A stretch of DNA of 64,000 bases, from NCBI GenBank assembly GCA_964016885.1, contig OZ024743.1, forward strand, positions 185,442,001 through 185,506,000, written 5' to 3'. Shown here piece by piece: positions 43,701 through 56,230 of the stretch. Source of the stretch: Eledone cirrhosa. Taxonomy: Eukaryota. Position 1 is the first letter of the stretch, and every line of letters starts with the position of its first letter. The translations under genes were made by a program, and so were the position numbers. Below the pieces are notes generated by a model, which saw nothing but the letters and a program-made list of their open reading frames with translations, ran no database searches and was not told the DNA's origin.

Positions 43701-46700
43701 TTGTTGAGTGAGATTCTAGCATGGCATACACGTTAACAGTGTTGGTGAGTGAGATTCTAGTATGGCATAAACTTTAACAGTGTTGTTGAGTGAGATTCTA
43801 GTATGGCATAAACGTTAACAGTGTTGTTGAGTGAGATTCTAGCATGGCATAAACGTTAACAGTGTTGGTGAGTGAGATTCTAGCATGACATAAACGTTAA
43901 CAGTGTTGTTGAGTGAGATTCTAGCATGGCATAAACGTTGACAGTGTTGGTGAGTGAGATTCTAGCATGGCATAAACGTTGACAGTATTGGTGAGTGAGA
44001 TTCTAGTATGGCATAAACGTTAACAGTGTTGTTGAGTGAGATTCTAGTATGGCATAAACGTTAACAGTGTTGTTGAGTGAGATTCTAGTATGGCATAAAC
44101 GTTAACAGTGTTGATGAGTGAGATTCTAGCATGGCATAAACGTTAACAGTGTTGGTGAGTGAGATTCTAGTATGGCATAAACGTTAACAGAGTTGGTGAG
44201 CGAGATTCTAGTATGGCATAAACGTTAACAGTGTTGTTGAGTGAGATTCTAGCATGGCATAAACGTTAACAGTGTTGTTGAGTGAGATCCTAGTATGGCA
44301 TAAACGTTAACAGTGTTGTTGAGTGAGATTCTAGTATGGCATAAACGTTAACAGTGTTGGTGAGTGAGATTGTAGTATGGCATAAACGTTAACAGTGTTG
44401 TTGAGTGAGATTCTAGTATGGCATAAACGTTAACAGTGTTGGTGAGTGAGATTATAGTATGGCATAAACGTTAACAGTGTTGGTGAGTGAGATTCTAGTA
44501 TGGCATACACATTAACAGTGTTGTTGATTGAGATTCTAGTATGGCATACACATTAACAGTGTTGTTGAGTGAGATTCTAGTATGGCATAAACGTTAACAG
44601 TGTTGGTGTGTGAGATTCTAGCATGGCATAAACGTTAACAGTGTTGGTGAGTGAGATTCTAGTATGGCATAAACATTAACAGAGTTGGTGAGTGAGATTC
44701 TAGTATGGCATAAACGTTAACAGTGTTGTTGAGTGAGATTCTAGCATGGCATAAACGTTAACAGTGTTGTTGAGTGAGATCCCAGTATGGCATAAACGTT
44801 AACAGTGTTGTTGAGTGAGATTCTAGTATGGCATAAACGTTAACAGTGTTGGTGAGTGAGATTCTAGTATGGCATAAACGTTAACAGTGTTGATGAGTGA
44901 GATTCTAGTATGGCATAAACGTTAACAGTGTTGGTGAGTGAGATTCTAGTATGGCATAAACGTTAACAGTGTTGGTGAGTCAGATTCTAGCATGGCATAA
45001 ACGTCAACAGTGTTGTTGAGTGAGATTCTAGTATGGCATAAACGTTAACAGTGTTGATGAGTGAGATTCTAGCATGGCATAAACGTTAACAGTGTTGGTG
45101 AGTGAGATTCTAGTATCGCATAAACGTTAACAGTGTTGGTGAGTAAGATTCTAGTATGGCATAAACGTTAACAGTGTTGGTGAGTGAGATTCTAGTATGG
45201 CATAAACGTTAACAGTGTTGGTGAGTGAGATTATAGTATGGCATAAACGTTAACAGTGTTGGTGAGTGAGATTCTAGTATGGCATAAACGTTAACAGTGT
45301 TGGTGAGTCAGATTCTAGTATGGCATAAACGTTAACAGTGTTGGTGAGTGAGTTCTAGTATGGCATAAACGTTAACAATGTTGGTGAGTCAGATTCTAGC
45401 ATGGCATAAACGTTAACAGTTTTGTTGAGTCAGATTCTACTATGGCATAAACGTTAACAGTGTTGGTGAGTGAGATTCTAGTATGGCATAAACGTTAACA
45501 GTGTTGGTGTGTGAGATTCTAGTATGGCATAAACATTAACAGAGTTGGTGAGTGAGATTCTAGCATGGCATAAACGTTAACAGTGTTGTTGAGTGAGATT
45601 CTAGTATGGCATAAACGTTAACAGTGTTGGTGAGTGAGATTCTAGTATGGCATAAACGTTAACAGTGTTGATGAGTGAGATTCTAGTATGGCATAAACGT
45701 TAACAGTGTTGGTGAGTGAGATTCTAGCATGGCATAAACGTCAACAGTGTTGTTGAGTGAGATTCTAGTATGGCATAAACGTTAACAGTGTTGATGAGTG
45801 AGATTCTAGCATGGCATAAACGTTAACAGTGTTGGTGAGTGAGATACTAGTATCGCATAAACGTTAACAGTGTTGGTGAGTAAGATTCTAGTATGGCATA
45901 AACGTTAACAGTGTTGTTGAGTGAGATTCTAGCATGGCATAAACGTTAACAGTGTTGTTGAGTGAGATCCTAGTATAGCATAAACGTTAACAGTGTTGTT
46001 GAGTGAGATTCTAGTATGGCATAAACGTTAACAGTGTTGGTGAGTGAGATACTAGTATCGCATAAACGTTAACAGTGTTGGTGAGTAAGATTCTAGTATG
46101 GCATAAACGTTAACAGTGTTGTTGAGTGAGATTCTAGCATGGCATACACGTTAACAGTGTTGTTGAGTGAGATTCTAGTATGGCATACACGTTAACAGTG
46201 TTGTTGAGTGAGATTCTAGTATGGCATACACGTTAACAGTGTTGTTGAGTGAGATTCTAGTATGGCATACACGTTAACAGTGTTGTTGAGTGAGATTCTA
46301 GTATGGCATAAACGTTAACAGTGTTGGTGAGTGAGATTCTAGTATGGCATAAACGTTAACTGTTGTTGAGTGAGATTCTAGTATAGCATACACGTTAACA
46401 GTGTTCGTGAGTGAGATTCTAGCATGGCATAAACGTTAACAGTGTTGTTGAGTGAGATTCTAGTATGGCATACACGTTAACAGTGTTCGTGAGTGAGATT
46501 CTAGTATGGCATAAACGTTAACAGTGTTGGTGAATGAGATTCTAGTATGGCATACACGTTAACAGTGTTCGTGAGTGAGATTCTAGTATGGCATAAACGT
46601 TAACGGTGTTGGTGAGTGAGATTCTAGTATGGCATAAACGTTAACAGTGTTCGTGAGTGAGATTCTAGTATGGCATAAACGTTAACAGTGTTGTTGAGTG

Positions 46701-49700
46701 AGATTCTAGCATGGCATACACGTTAACAGTGTTGGTGAGTGAGATTCTAGTATGGCATAAACTTTAACAGTGTTGTTGAGTGAGATTCTAGTATGGCATA
46801 AACGTTAACAGTGTTGTTGAGTGAGATTCTAGCATGGCATAAACGTTAACAGTGTTGGTGAGTGAGATTCTAGCATGACATAAACGTTAACAGTGTTGTT
46901 GAGTGAGATTCTAGCATGGCATAAACGTTGACAGTGTTGGTGAGTGAGATTCTAGCATGGCATAAACGTTGACAGTATTGGTGAGTGAGATTCTAGTATG
47001 GCATAAACGTTAACAGTGTTGTTGAGTGAGATTCTAGTATGGCATAAACGTTAACAGTGTTGTTGAGTGAGATTCTAGTATGGCATAAACGTTAACAGTG
47101 TTGATGAGTGAGATTCTAGCATGGCATAAACGTTAACAGTGTTGGTGAGTGAGATTCTAGTATGGCATAAACGTTAACAGAGTTGGTGAGCGAGATTCTA
47201 GTATGGCATAAACGTTAACAGTGTTGTTGAGTGAGATTCTAGCATGGCATAAACGTTAACAGTGTTGTTGAGTGAGATCCTAGTATGGCATAAACGTTAA
47301 CAGTGTTGTTGAGTGAGATTCTAGTATGGCATAAACGTTAACAGTGTTGGTGAGTGAGATTGTAGTATGGCATAAACGTTAACAGTGTTGTTGAGTGAGA
47401 TTCTAGTATGGCATAAACGTTAACAGTGTTGGTGAGTGAGATTATAGTATGGCATAAACGTTAACAGTGTTGGTGAGTGAGATTCTAGTATGGCATACAC
47501 ATTAACAGTGTTGTTGATTGAGATTCTAGTATGGCATACACATTAACAGTGTTGTTGAGTGAGATTCTAGTATGGCATAAACGTTAACAGTGTTGGTGTG
47601 TGAGATTCTAGCATGGCATAAACGTTAACAGTGTTGGTGAGTGAGATTCTAGTATGGCATAAACATTAACAGAGTTGGTGAGTGAGATTCTAGTATGGCA
47701 TAAACGTTAACAGTGTTGTTGAGTGAGATTCTAGCATGGCATAAACGTTAACAGTGTTGTTGAGTGAGATCCCAGTATGGCATAAACGTTAACAGTGTTG
47801 TTGAGTGAGATTCTAGTATGGCATAAACGTTAACAGTGTTGGTGAGTGAGATTCTAGTATGGCATAAACGTTAACAGTGTTGATGAGTGAGATTCTAGTA
47901 TGGCATAAACGTTAACAGTGTTGGTGAGTGAGATTCTAGTATGGCATAAACGTTAACAGTGTTGGTGAGTCAGATTCTAGCATGGCATAAACGTCAACAG
48001 TGTTGTTGAGTGAGATTCTAGTATGGCATAAACGTTAACAGTGTTGATGAGTGAGATTCTAGCATGGCATAAACGTTAACAGTGTTGGTGAGTGAGATTC
48101 TAGTATCGCATAAACGTTAACAGTGTTGGTGAGTAAGATTCTAGTATGGCATAAACGTTAACAGTGTTGGTGAGTGAGATTCTAGTATGGCATAAACGTT
48201 AACAGTGTTGGTGAGTGAGATTATAGTATGGCATAAACGTTAACAGTGTTGGTGAGTGAGATTCTAGTATGGCATAAACGTTAACAGTGTTGGTGAGTCA
48301 GATTCTAGTATGGCATAAACGTTAACAGTGTTGGTGAGTGAGTTCTAGTATGGCATAAACGTTAACAATGTTGGTGAGTCAGATTCTAGCATGGCATAAA
48401 CGTTAACAGTTTTGTTGAGTCAGATTCTACTATGGCATAAACGTTAACAGTGTTGGTGAGTGAGATTCTAGTATGGCATAAACGTTAACAGTGTTGGTGT
48501 GTGAGATTCTAGTATGGCATAAACATTAACAGAGTTGGTGAGTGAGATTCTAGCATGGCATAAACGTTAACAGTGTTGTTGAGTGAGATTCTAGTATGGC
48601 ATAAACGTTAACAGTGTTGGTGAGTGAGATTCTAGTATGGCATAAACGTTAACAGTGTTGATGAGTGAGATTCTAGTATGGCATAAACGTTAACAGTGTT
48701 GGTGAGTGAGATTCTAGCATGGCATAAACGTCAACAGTGTTGTTGAGTGAGATTCTAGTATGGCATAAACGTTAACAGTGTTGATGAGTGAGATTCTAGC
48801 ATGGCATAAACGTTAACAGTGTTGGTGAGTGAGATACTAGTATCGCATAAACGTTAACAGTGTTGGTGAGTAAGATTCTAGTATGGCATAAACGTTAACA
48901 GTGTTGTTGAGTGAGATTCTAGCATGGCATAAACGTTAACAGTGTTGTTGAGTGAGATCCTAGTATAGCATAAACGTTAACAGTGTTGTTGAGTGAGATT
49001 CTAGTATGGCATAAACGTTAACAGTGTTGTTGAGTGAGATTCTAGCATGGCATACACGTTAACAGTGTTGTTGAGTGGGATTCTAGTATGGCATACACGT
49101 TAACAGTGTTGTTGAGTGAGATTCTAGTATGGCATAAACGTTAACAGTGTTGGTGAGTGAGATTCTAGTATGGCATAAACGTTAACAGTGTTGTTGAGTG
49201 AGATTCTAGTATAGCATACACGTTAACAGTGTTCGTGAGTGAGATTCTAGTATGGCATAAACTTTAACAGTGTTGGTGAGTGAGATTCTAGTATGGCATA
49301 CACGTTAACAGTGTTCGTGAGTGAGATTCTAGTATGGCATAAACGTTAACAGTGTTGGTGAGTGAGATTCTAGTATGGCATAAACGTCAACAGTGTTGGT
49401 GAGTCAGATTCTAGCATGGCATAAACGTTAACAGTGTTGGTGAGTGAGATTCTAGCCTGACATAAACGTTAACAGTGTTGGTGAGTGAGATTCTAGTATG
49501 GCATAAACGTTAACAGTGTTGGTGAGTGAGATTCTAACATGGCATAAACGTTAAAAGTGTTGGTGAGTAAGATCTAGCATGGCATAAACGTTAACAGTGT
49601 TGGTGAGTGAGATTCTAGTATGGCATAAACGTTAACAGTGTTGTTGAGTGAGATTCTAGCATGGCATACACGTTAACAGTGTTGTTGAGTGACATTCTAG

Positions 49701-51640
49701 TATGGCATACACGTTAACAGTGTTGTTGAGTGAGATTCTAGTATGGCATAAACGTTAACAGTGTTGTTGAGTGAGATTCTAGCATGGCATACACGTTAAC
49801 AGTGTTGTTGAGTGAGATTCTAGTATGGCATACACGTTAACAGTGTTGTTGAGTGAGATTCTAGTATGGCATAAACGTTAACAGTGTTGGTGAGTGAGAT
49901 TCTAGTATGGCATAAACGTTAACCGTTGTTGAGTGAGATTCTAGTATAGCATACACGTTAACAGTGTTCGTGAGTGAGATTCTAGCATGGCATAAACGTT
50001 AACAGTGTTGTTGAGTGAGATTCTAGTATGGCATACACGTTAACAGTGTTCGTGAGTGAGATTCTAGTATGGCATAAACGTTAACAGTGTTGGTGAATGA
50101 GATTCTAGTATGGCATACACGTTAACAGTGTTCGTGAGTGAGATTCTAGTATGGCATAAACGTTAACGGTGTTGGTGAGTGAGATTCTAGTATGGCATAA
50201 ACGTTAACAGTGTTCGTGAGTGAGATTCTAGTATGGCATAAACGTTAACAGTGTTGTTGAGTGAGATTCTAGCATGGCATACACGTTAACAGTGTTGGTG
50301 AGTGAGATTCTAGTATGGCATAAACTTTAACAGTGTTGTTGAGTGAGATTCTAGTATGGCATAAACGTTAACAGTGTTGTTGAGTGAGATTCTAGCATGG
50401 CATAAACGTTAACAGTGTTGGTGAGTGAGATTCTAGCATGACATAAACGTTAACAGTGTTGTTGAGTGAGATTCTAGCATGGCATAAACGTTGACAGTGT
50501 TGGTGAGTGAGATTCTAGCATGGCATAAACGTTGACAGTATTGGTGAGTGAGATTCTAGTATGGCATAAACGTTAACAGTGTTGTTGAGTGAGATTCTAG
50601 TATGGCATAAACGTTAACAGTGTTGATGAGTGAGATTCTAGCATGGCATAAACGTTAACAGTGTTGGTGAGTGAGATTCTAGTATGGCATAAACGTTAAC
50701 AGAGTTGGTGAGCGAGATTCTAGTATGGCATAAACGTTAACAGTGTTGTTGAGTGAGATTCTAGCATGGCATAAACGTTAACAGTGTTGTTGAGTGAGAT
50801 CCTAGTATGGCATAAACGTTAACAGTGTTGTTGAGTGAGATTCTAGTATGGCATAAACGTTAACAGTGTTGGTGAGTGAGATTGTAGTATGGCATAAACG
50901 TTAACAGTGTTGTTGAGTGAGATTCTAGTATGGCATAAACGTTAACAGTGTTGGTGAGTGAGATTATAGTATGGCATAAACGTTAACAGTGTTGGTGAGT
51001 GAGATTCTAGTATGGCATACACATTAACAGTGTTGTTGATTGAGATTCTAGTATGGCATACACATTAACAGTTTTGTTGAGTGAGATTCTAGTATGGCAT
51101 AAACGTTAACAGTGTTGGTGAGTGAGATTCTAGTATGGCATAAACATTAACAGAGTTGGTGAGTGAGATTCTAGTATGGCATAAACGTTAACAGTGTTGT
51201 TGAGTGAGATTCTAGCATGGCATAAACGTTAACAGTGTTGTTGAGTGAGATCCTAGTATGGCATAAACGTTAACAGTGTTGTTGAGTGAGATTCTAGTAT
51301 GGCATAAACGTTAACAGTGTTGGTGAGTGAGATTCTAGTATGGCATAAACGTTAACAGTGTCGATGAGTGAGATTCTAGTATGGCATAAACGTTAACAGT
51401 GTTGGTGAGTGAGATTCTAGTATGGCATAAACGTTAACAGTGTTGGTGAGTCAGATTCTAGCATGGCATAAACGTCAACAGTGTTGTTGAGTGAGATTCT
51501 AGTATGGCATAAACGTTAACAGTGTTGATGAGTGAGATTCTAGCATGGCATAAACGTTAACAGTGTTGGTGAGTGAGATTCTAGTATCGCATAAACGTTA
51601 ACAGTGTTGGTGAGTAAGATTCTAGTATGGCATAAACGTT
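37790..51640 (+). repeat. Block of about 5.4 kb repeated at +8,519 bp (208 monomers minus 9 bp): about 37.8-43.2 kb matches about 46.3-51.6 kb
   Basis: GAGTGGG 40,558/49,077, AACCGTTGTT 41,404/49,923, TAAGATCT 41,049/49,568 and GAGTTCT 39,823/48,342 are all at +8,519. GTGTCGATG at 42,921/51,358 is +8,437, so two monomers were lost. Confidence 0.87.
43240..49029 (+). repeat. Near-tandem duplication at +2,990 bp (73 monomers minus 3 bp)
   Basis: Private GATCCCAG at 44,781/47,771; AACTGTT deletion at 43,370/46,360; GAGTTCT deletion at 45,352/48,342. Confidence 0.9.
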
Positions 51641-54600
51641 AACAGTGTTGTTGAGTGAGATTCTAGCATGGCATAAACGTTAACAGTGTTGTTGAGTGAG
51701 ATCCTAGTATAGCATAAACGTTAACAGTGTTGTTGAGTGAGATTCTAGTATGGCATAAACGTTAACAGTGTTGTTGAGTGAGATTCTAGCATGGCATACA
51801 CGTTAACAGTGTTGTTGAGTGAGATTCTAGTATGGCATACACGTTAACAGTGTTGTTGAGTGAGATTCTAGTATGGCATAAACGTTAACAGTGTTGGTGA
51901 GTGAGATTCTAGTATGGCATAAACGTTAACAGTGTTGTTGAGTGAGATTCTAGTATAGCATACACGTTAACAGTGTTCGTGAGTGAGATTCTAGTATGGC
52001 ATAAACTTTAACAGTGTTGGTGAGTGAGATTCTAGTATGGCATACACGTTAACAGTGTTCGTGAGTGAGATTCTAGTATGGCATAAACGTTAACAGTGTT
52101 GGTGAGTGAGATTCTAGTATGGCATAAACGTCAACAGTGTTGGTGAGTCAGATTCTAGCATGGCATAAACGTTAACAGTGTTGGTGAGTGAGATTCTAGC
52201 CTGACATAAACGTTAACAGTGTTGGTGAGTGAGATTCTAGTATGGCATAAACGTTAACAGTGTTGGTGAGTGAGATTCTAACATGGCATAAACGTTAAAA
52301 GTGTTGGTGAGTAAGATCTAGCATGGCATAAACGTTAACAGTGTTGGTGAGTGAGATTCTAGTATGGCATAAACGTTAACAGTGTTGTTGAGTGAGATTC
52401 TAGCATGGCATACACGTTAACAGTGTTGTTGAGTGACATTCTAGTATGGCATACACGTTAACAGTGTTGTTGAGTGAGATTCTAGTATGGCATAAACGTT
52501 AACAGTGTTGTTGAGTGAGATTCTAGCATGGCATACACGTTAACAGTGTTGTTGAGTGAGATTCTAGTATGGCATACACGTTAACAGTGTTGTTGAGTGA
52601 GATTCTAGTATGGCATAAACGTTAACAGTGTTGGTGAGTGAGATTCTAGTATAGCATAAACGTTAACTGTTGTTGAGTGAGATTCTAGTATAGCATACAC
52701 GTTAACAGTGTTCGTGAGTGAGATTCTAGCATGGCATAAACGTTAACAGTGTTGTTGAGTGAGATTCTAGTATGGCATACACGTTAACAGTGTTCGTGAG
52801 TGAGATTCTAGTATGGCATAAACGTTAACAGTGTTGGTGAATGAGATTCTAGTATGGCATACACGTTAACAGTGTTCGTGAGTGAGATTCTAGTATGGCA
52901 TAAACGTTAACGGTGTTGGTGAGTGAGATTCTAGTATGGCATAAACGTTAACAGTGTTCGTGAGTGAGATTCTAGTATGGCATAAACGTTAACAGTGTTG
53001 TTGAGTGAGATTCTAGCATGGCATACACGTTAACAGTGTTGGTGAGTGAGATTCTAGTATGGCATAAACTTTAACAGTGTTGTTGAGTGAGATTCTAGTA
53101 TGGCATAAACGTTAACAGTGTTGTTGAGTGAGATTCTAGCATGGCATAAACGTTAACAGTGTTGGTGAGTGAGATTCTAGCATGACATAAACGTTAACAG
53201 TGTTGTTGAGTGAGATTCTAGCATGGCATAAACGTTGACAGTGTTGGTGAGTGAGATTCTAGCATGGCATAAACGTTGACAGTATTGGTGAGTGAGATTC
53301 TAGTATGGCATAAACGTTAACAGTGTTGTTGAGTGAGATTCTAGTATGGCATAAACGTTAACAGTGTTGTTGAGTGAGATTCTAGTATGGCATAAACGTT
53401 AACAGTGTTGATGAGTGAGATTCTAGCATGGCATAAACGTTAACAGTGTTGGTGAGTGAGATTCTAGTATGGCATAAACGTTAACAGAGTTGGTGAGCGA
53501 GATTCTAGTATGGCATAAACGTTAACAGTGTTGTTGAGTGAGATTCTAGCATGGCATAAACGTTAACAGTGTTGTTGAGTGAGATCCTAGTATGGCATAA
53601 ACGTTAACAGTGTTGTTGAGTGAGATTCTAGTATGGCATAAACGTTAACAGTGTTGGTGAGTGAGATTGTAGTATGGCATAAACGTTAACAGTGTTGTTG
53701 AGTGAGATTCTAGTATGGCATAAACGTTAACAGTGTTGGTGAGTGAGATTATAGTATGGCATAAACGTTAACAGTGTTGGTGAGTGAGATTCTAGTATGG
53801 CATACACATTAACAGTGTTGTTGATTGAGATTCTAGTATGGCATACACATTAACAGTGTTGTTGAGTGAGATTCTAGTATGGCATAAACGTTAACAGTGT
53901 TGGTGTGTGAGATTCTAGCATGGCATAAACGTTAACAGTGTTGGTGAGTGAGATTCTAGTATGGCATAAACATTAACAGAGTTGGTGAGTGAGATTCTAG
54001 TATGGCATAAACGTTAACAGTGTTGTTGAGTGAGATTCTAGTATGGCATAAACGTTAACAGTGTTGGTGAGTGAGATTCTAGTATGGCATAAACGTTAAC
54101 AGTGTTGATGAGTGAGATTCTAGTATGGCATAAACGTTAACAGTGTTGGTGAGTGAGATTCTAGTATGGCATAAACGTTAACAGTGTTGGTGAGTCAGAT
54201 TCTAGCATGGCATAAACGTCAACAGTGTTGTTGAGTGAGATTCTAGTATGGCATAAACGTTAACAGTGTTGATGAGTGAGATTCTAGCATGGCATAAACG
54301 TTAACAGTGTTGGTGAGTGAGATTCTAGTATCGCATAAACGTTAACAGTGTTGGTGAGTAAGATTCTAGTATGGCATAAACGTTAACAGTGTTGTTGAGT
54401 GAGATTCTAGCATGGCATAAACGTTAACAGTGTTGTTGAGTGAGATCCTAGTATAGCATAAACGTTAACAGTGTTGTTGAGTGAGATTCTAGTATGGCAT
54501 AAACGTTAACAGTGTTGTTGAGTGAGATTCTAGCATGGCATACACGTTAACAGTGTTGTTGAGTGAGATTCTAGTATGGCATAAACGTTAACAGTGTTGT

Positions 54601-56230
54601 TGAGTGAGATTCTAGTATGGCATAAACGTTAACAGTGTTGGTGAGTGAGATTCTAGTATGGCATAAACGTTAACAGTGTTGTTGAGTGAGATTCTAGTAT
54701 AGCATACACGTTAACAGTGTTCGTGAGTGAGATTCTAGTATGGCATAAACTTTAACAGTGTTGGTGAGTGAGATTCTAGTATGGCATACACGTTAACAGT
54801 GTTCGTGAGTGAGATTCTAGTATGGCATAAACGTTAACAGTGTTGGTGAGTGAGATTCTAGTATGGCATAAACGTCAACAGTGTTGGTGAGTCAGATTCT
54901 AGCATGGCATAAACGTTAACAGTGTTGGTGAGTGAGATTCTAGCCTGACATAAACGTTAACAGTGTTGGTGAGTGAGATTCTAGTATGGCATAAACGTTA
55001 ACAGTGTTGGTGAGTGAGATTCTAGCATGGCATAAACGTTAAAAGTGTTGGTGAGTAAGATCTAGCATGGCATAAACGTTAACAGTGTTGGTGAGTGAGA
55101 TTCTAGTATGGCATAAACGTTAACAGTGTTGTTGAGTGAGATTCTAGCATGGCATACACGTTAACAGTGTTGTTGAGTGACATTCTAGTATGGCATACAC
55201 GTTAACAGTGTTGTTGAGTGAGATTCTAGTATGGCATAAACGTTAACAGTGTTGTTGAGTGAGATTCTAGCATGGCATACACGTTAACAGTGTTGTTGAG
55301 TGAGATTCTAGTATGGCATACACGTTAACAGTGTTGTTGAGTGAGATTCTAGTATGGCATAAACGTTAACAGTGTTGGTGAGTGAGATTCTAGTATGGCA
55401 TAAACGTTAACTGTTGTTGAGTGAGATTCTAGTATAGCATACACGTTAACAGTGTTCGTGAGTGAGATTCTAGCATGGCATAAACGTTAACAGTGTTGTT
55501 GAGTGAGATTCTAGTATGGCATACACGTTAACAGTGTTCGTGAGTGAGATTCTAGTATGGCATAAACGTTAACAGTGTTGGTGAATGAGATTCTAGTATG
55601 GCATACACGTTAACAGTGTTCGTGAGTGAGATTCTAGTATGGCATAAACGTTAACGGTGTTGGTGAGTGAGATTCTAGTATGGCATAAACGTTAACAGTG
55701 TTCGTGAGTGAGATTCTAGTATGGCATAAACGTTAACAGTGTTGTTGAGTGAGATTCTAGCATGGCATACACGTTAACAGTGTTGGTGAGTGAGATTCTA
55801 GTATGGCATAAACTTTAACAGTGTTGTTGAGTGAGATTCTAGTATGGCATAAACGTTAACAGTGTTGTTGAGTGAGATTCTAGCATGGCATAAACGTTAA
55901 CAGTGTTGGTGAGTGAGATTCTAGCATGACATAAACGTTAACAGTGTTGTTGAGTGAGATTCTAGCATGGCATAAACGTTGACAGTGTTGGTGAGTGAGA
56001 TTCTAGCATGGCATAAACGTTGACAGTATTGGTGAGTGAGATTCTAGTATGGCATAAACGTTAACAGTGTTGTTGAGTGAGATTCTAGTATGGCATAAAC
56101 GTTAACAGTGTTGTTGAGTGAGATTCTAGTATGGCATAAACGTTAACAGTGTTGATGAGTGAGATTCTAGCATGGCATAAACGTTAACAGTGTTGGTGAG
56201 TGAGATTCTAGTATGGCATAAACGTTAACA
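48850..56230 (+). repeat. Local higher-order periodicity of 2,744 bp (67 monomers minus 3 bp), about 2.7 copies
   Basis: TAAGATCT at 49,568/52,312/55,056; 2-bp deletion at 49,923/52,667/55,411; GAATGAG at 50,096/52,840/55,584. Confidence 0.85.
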
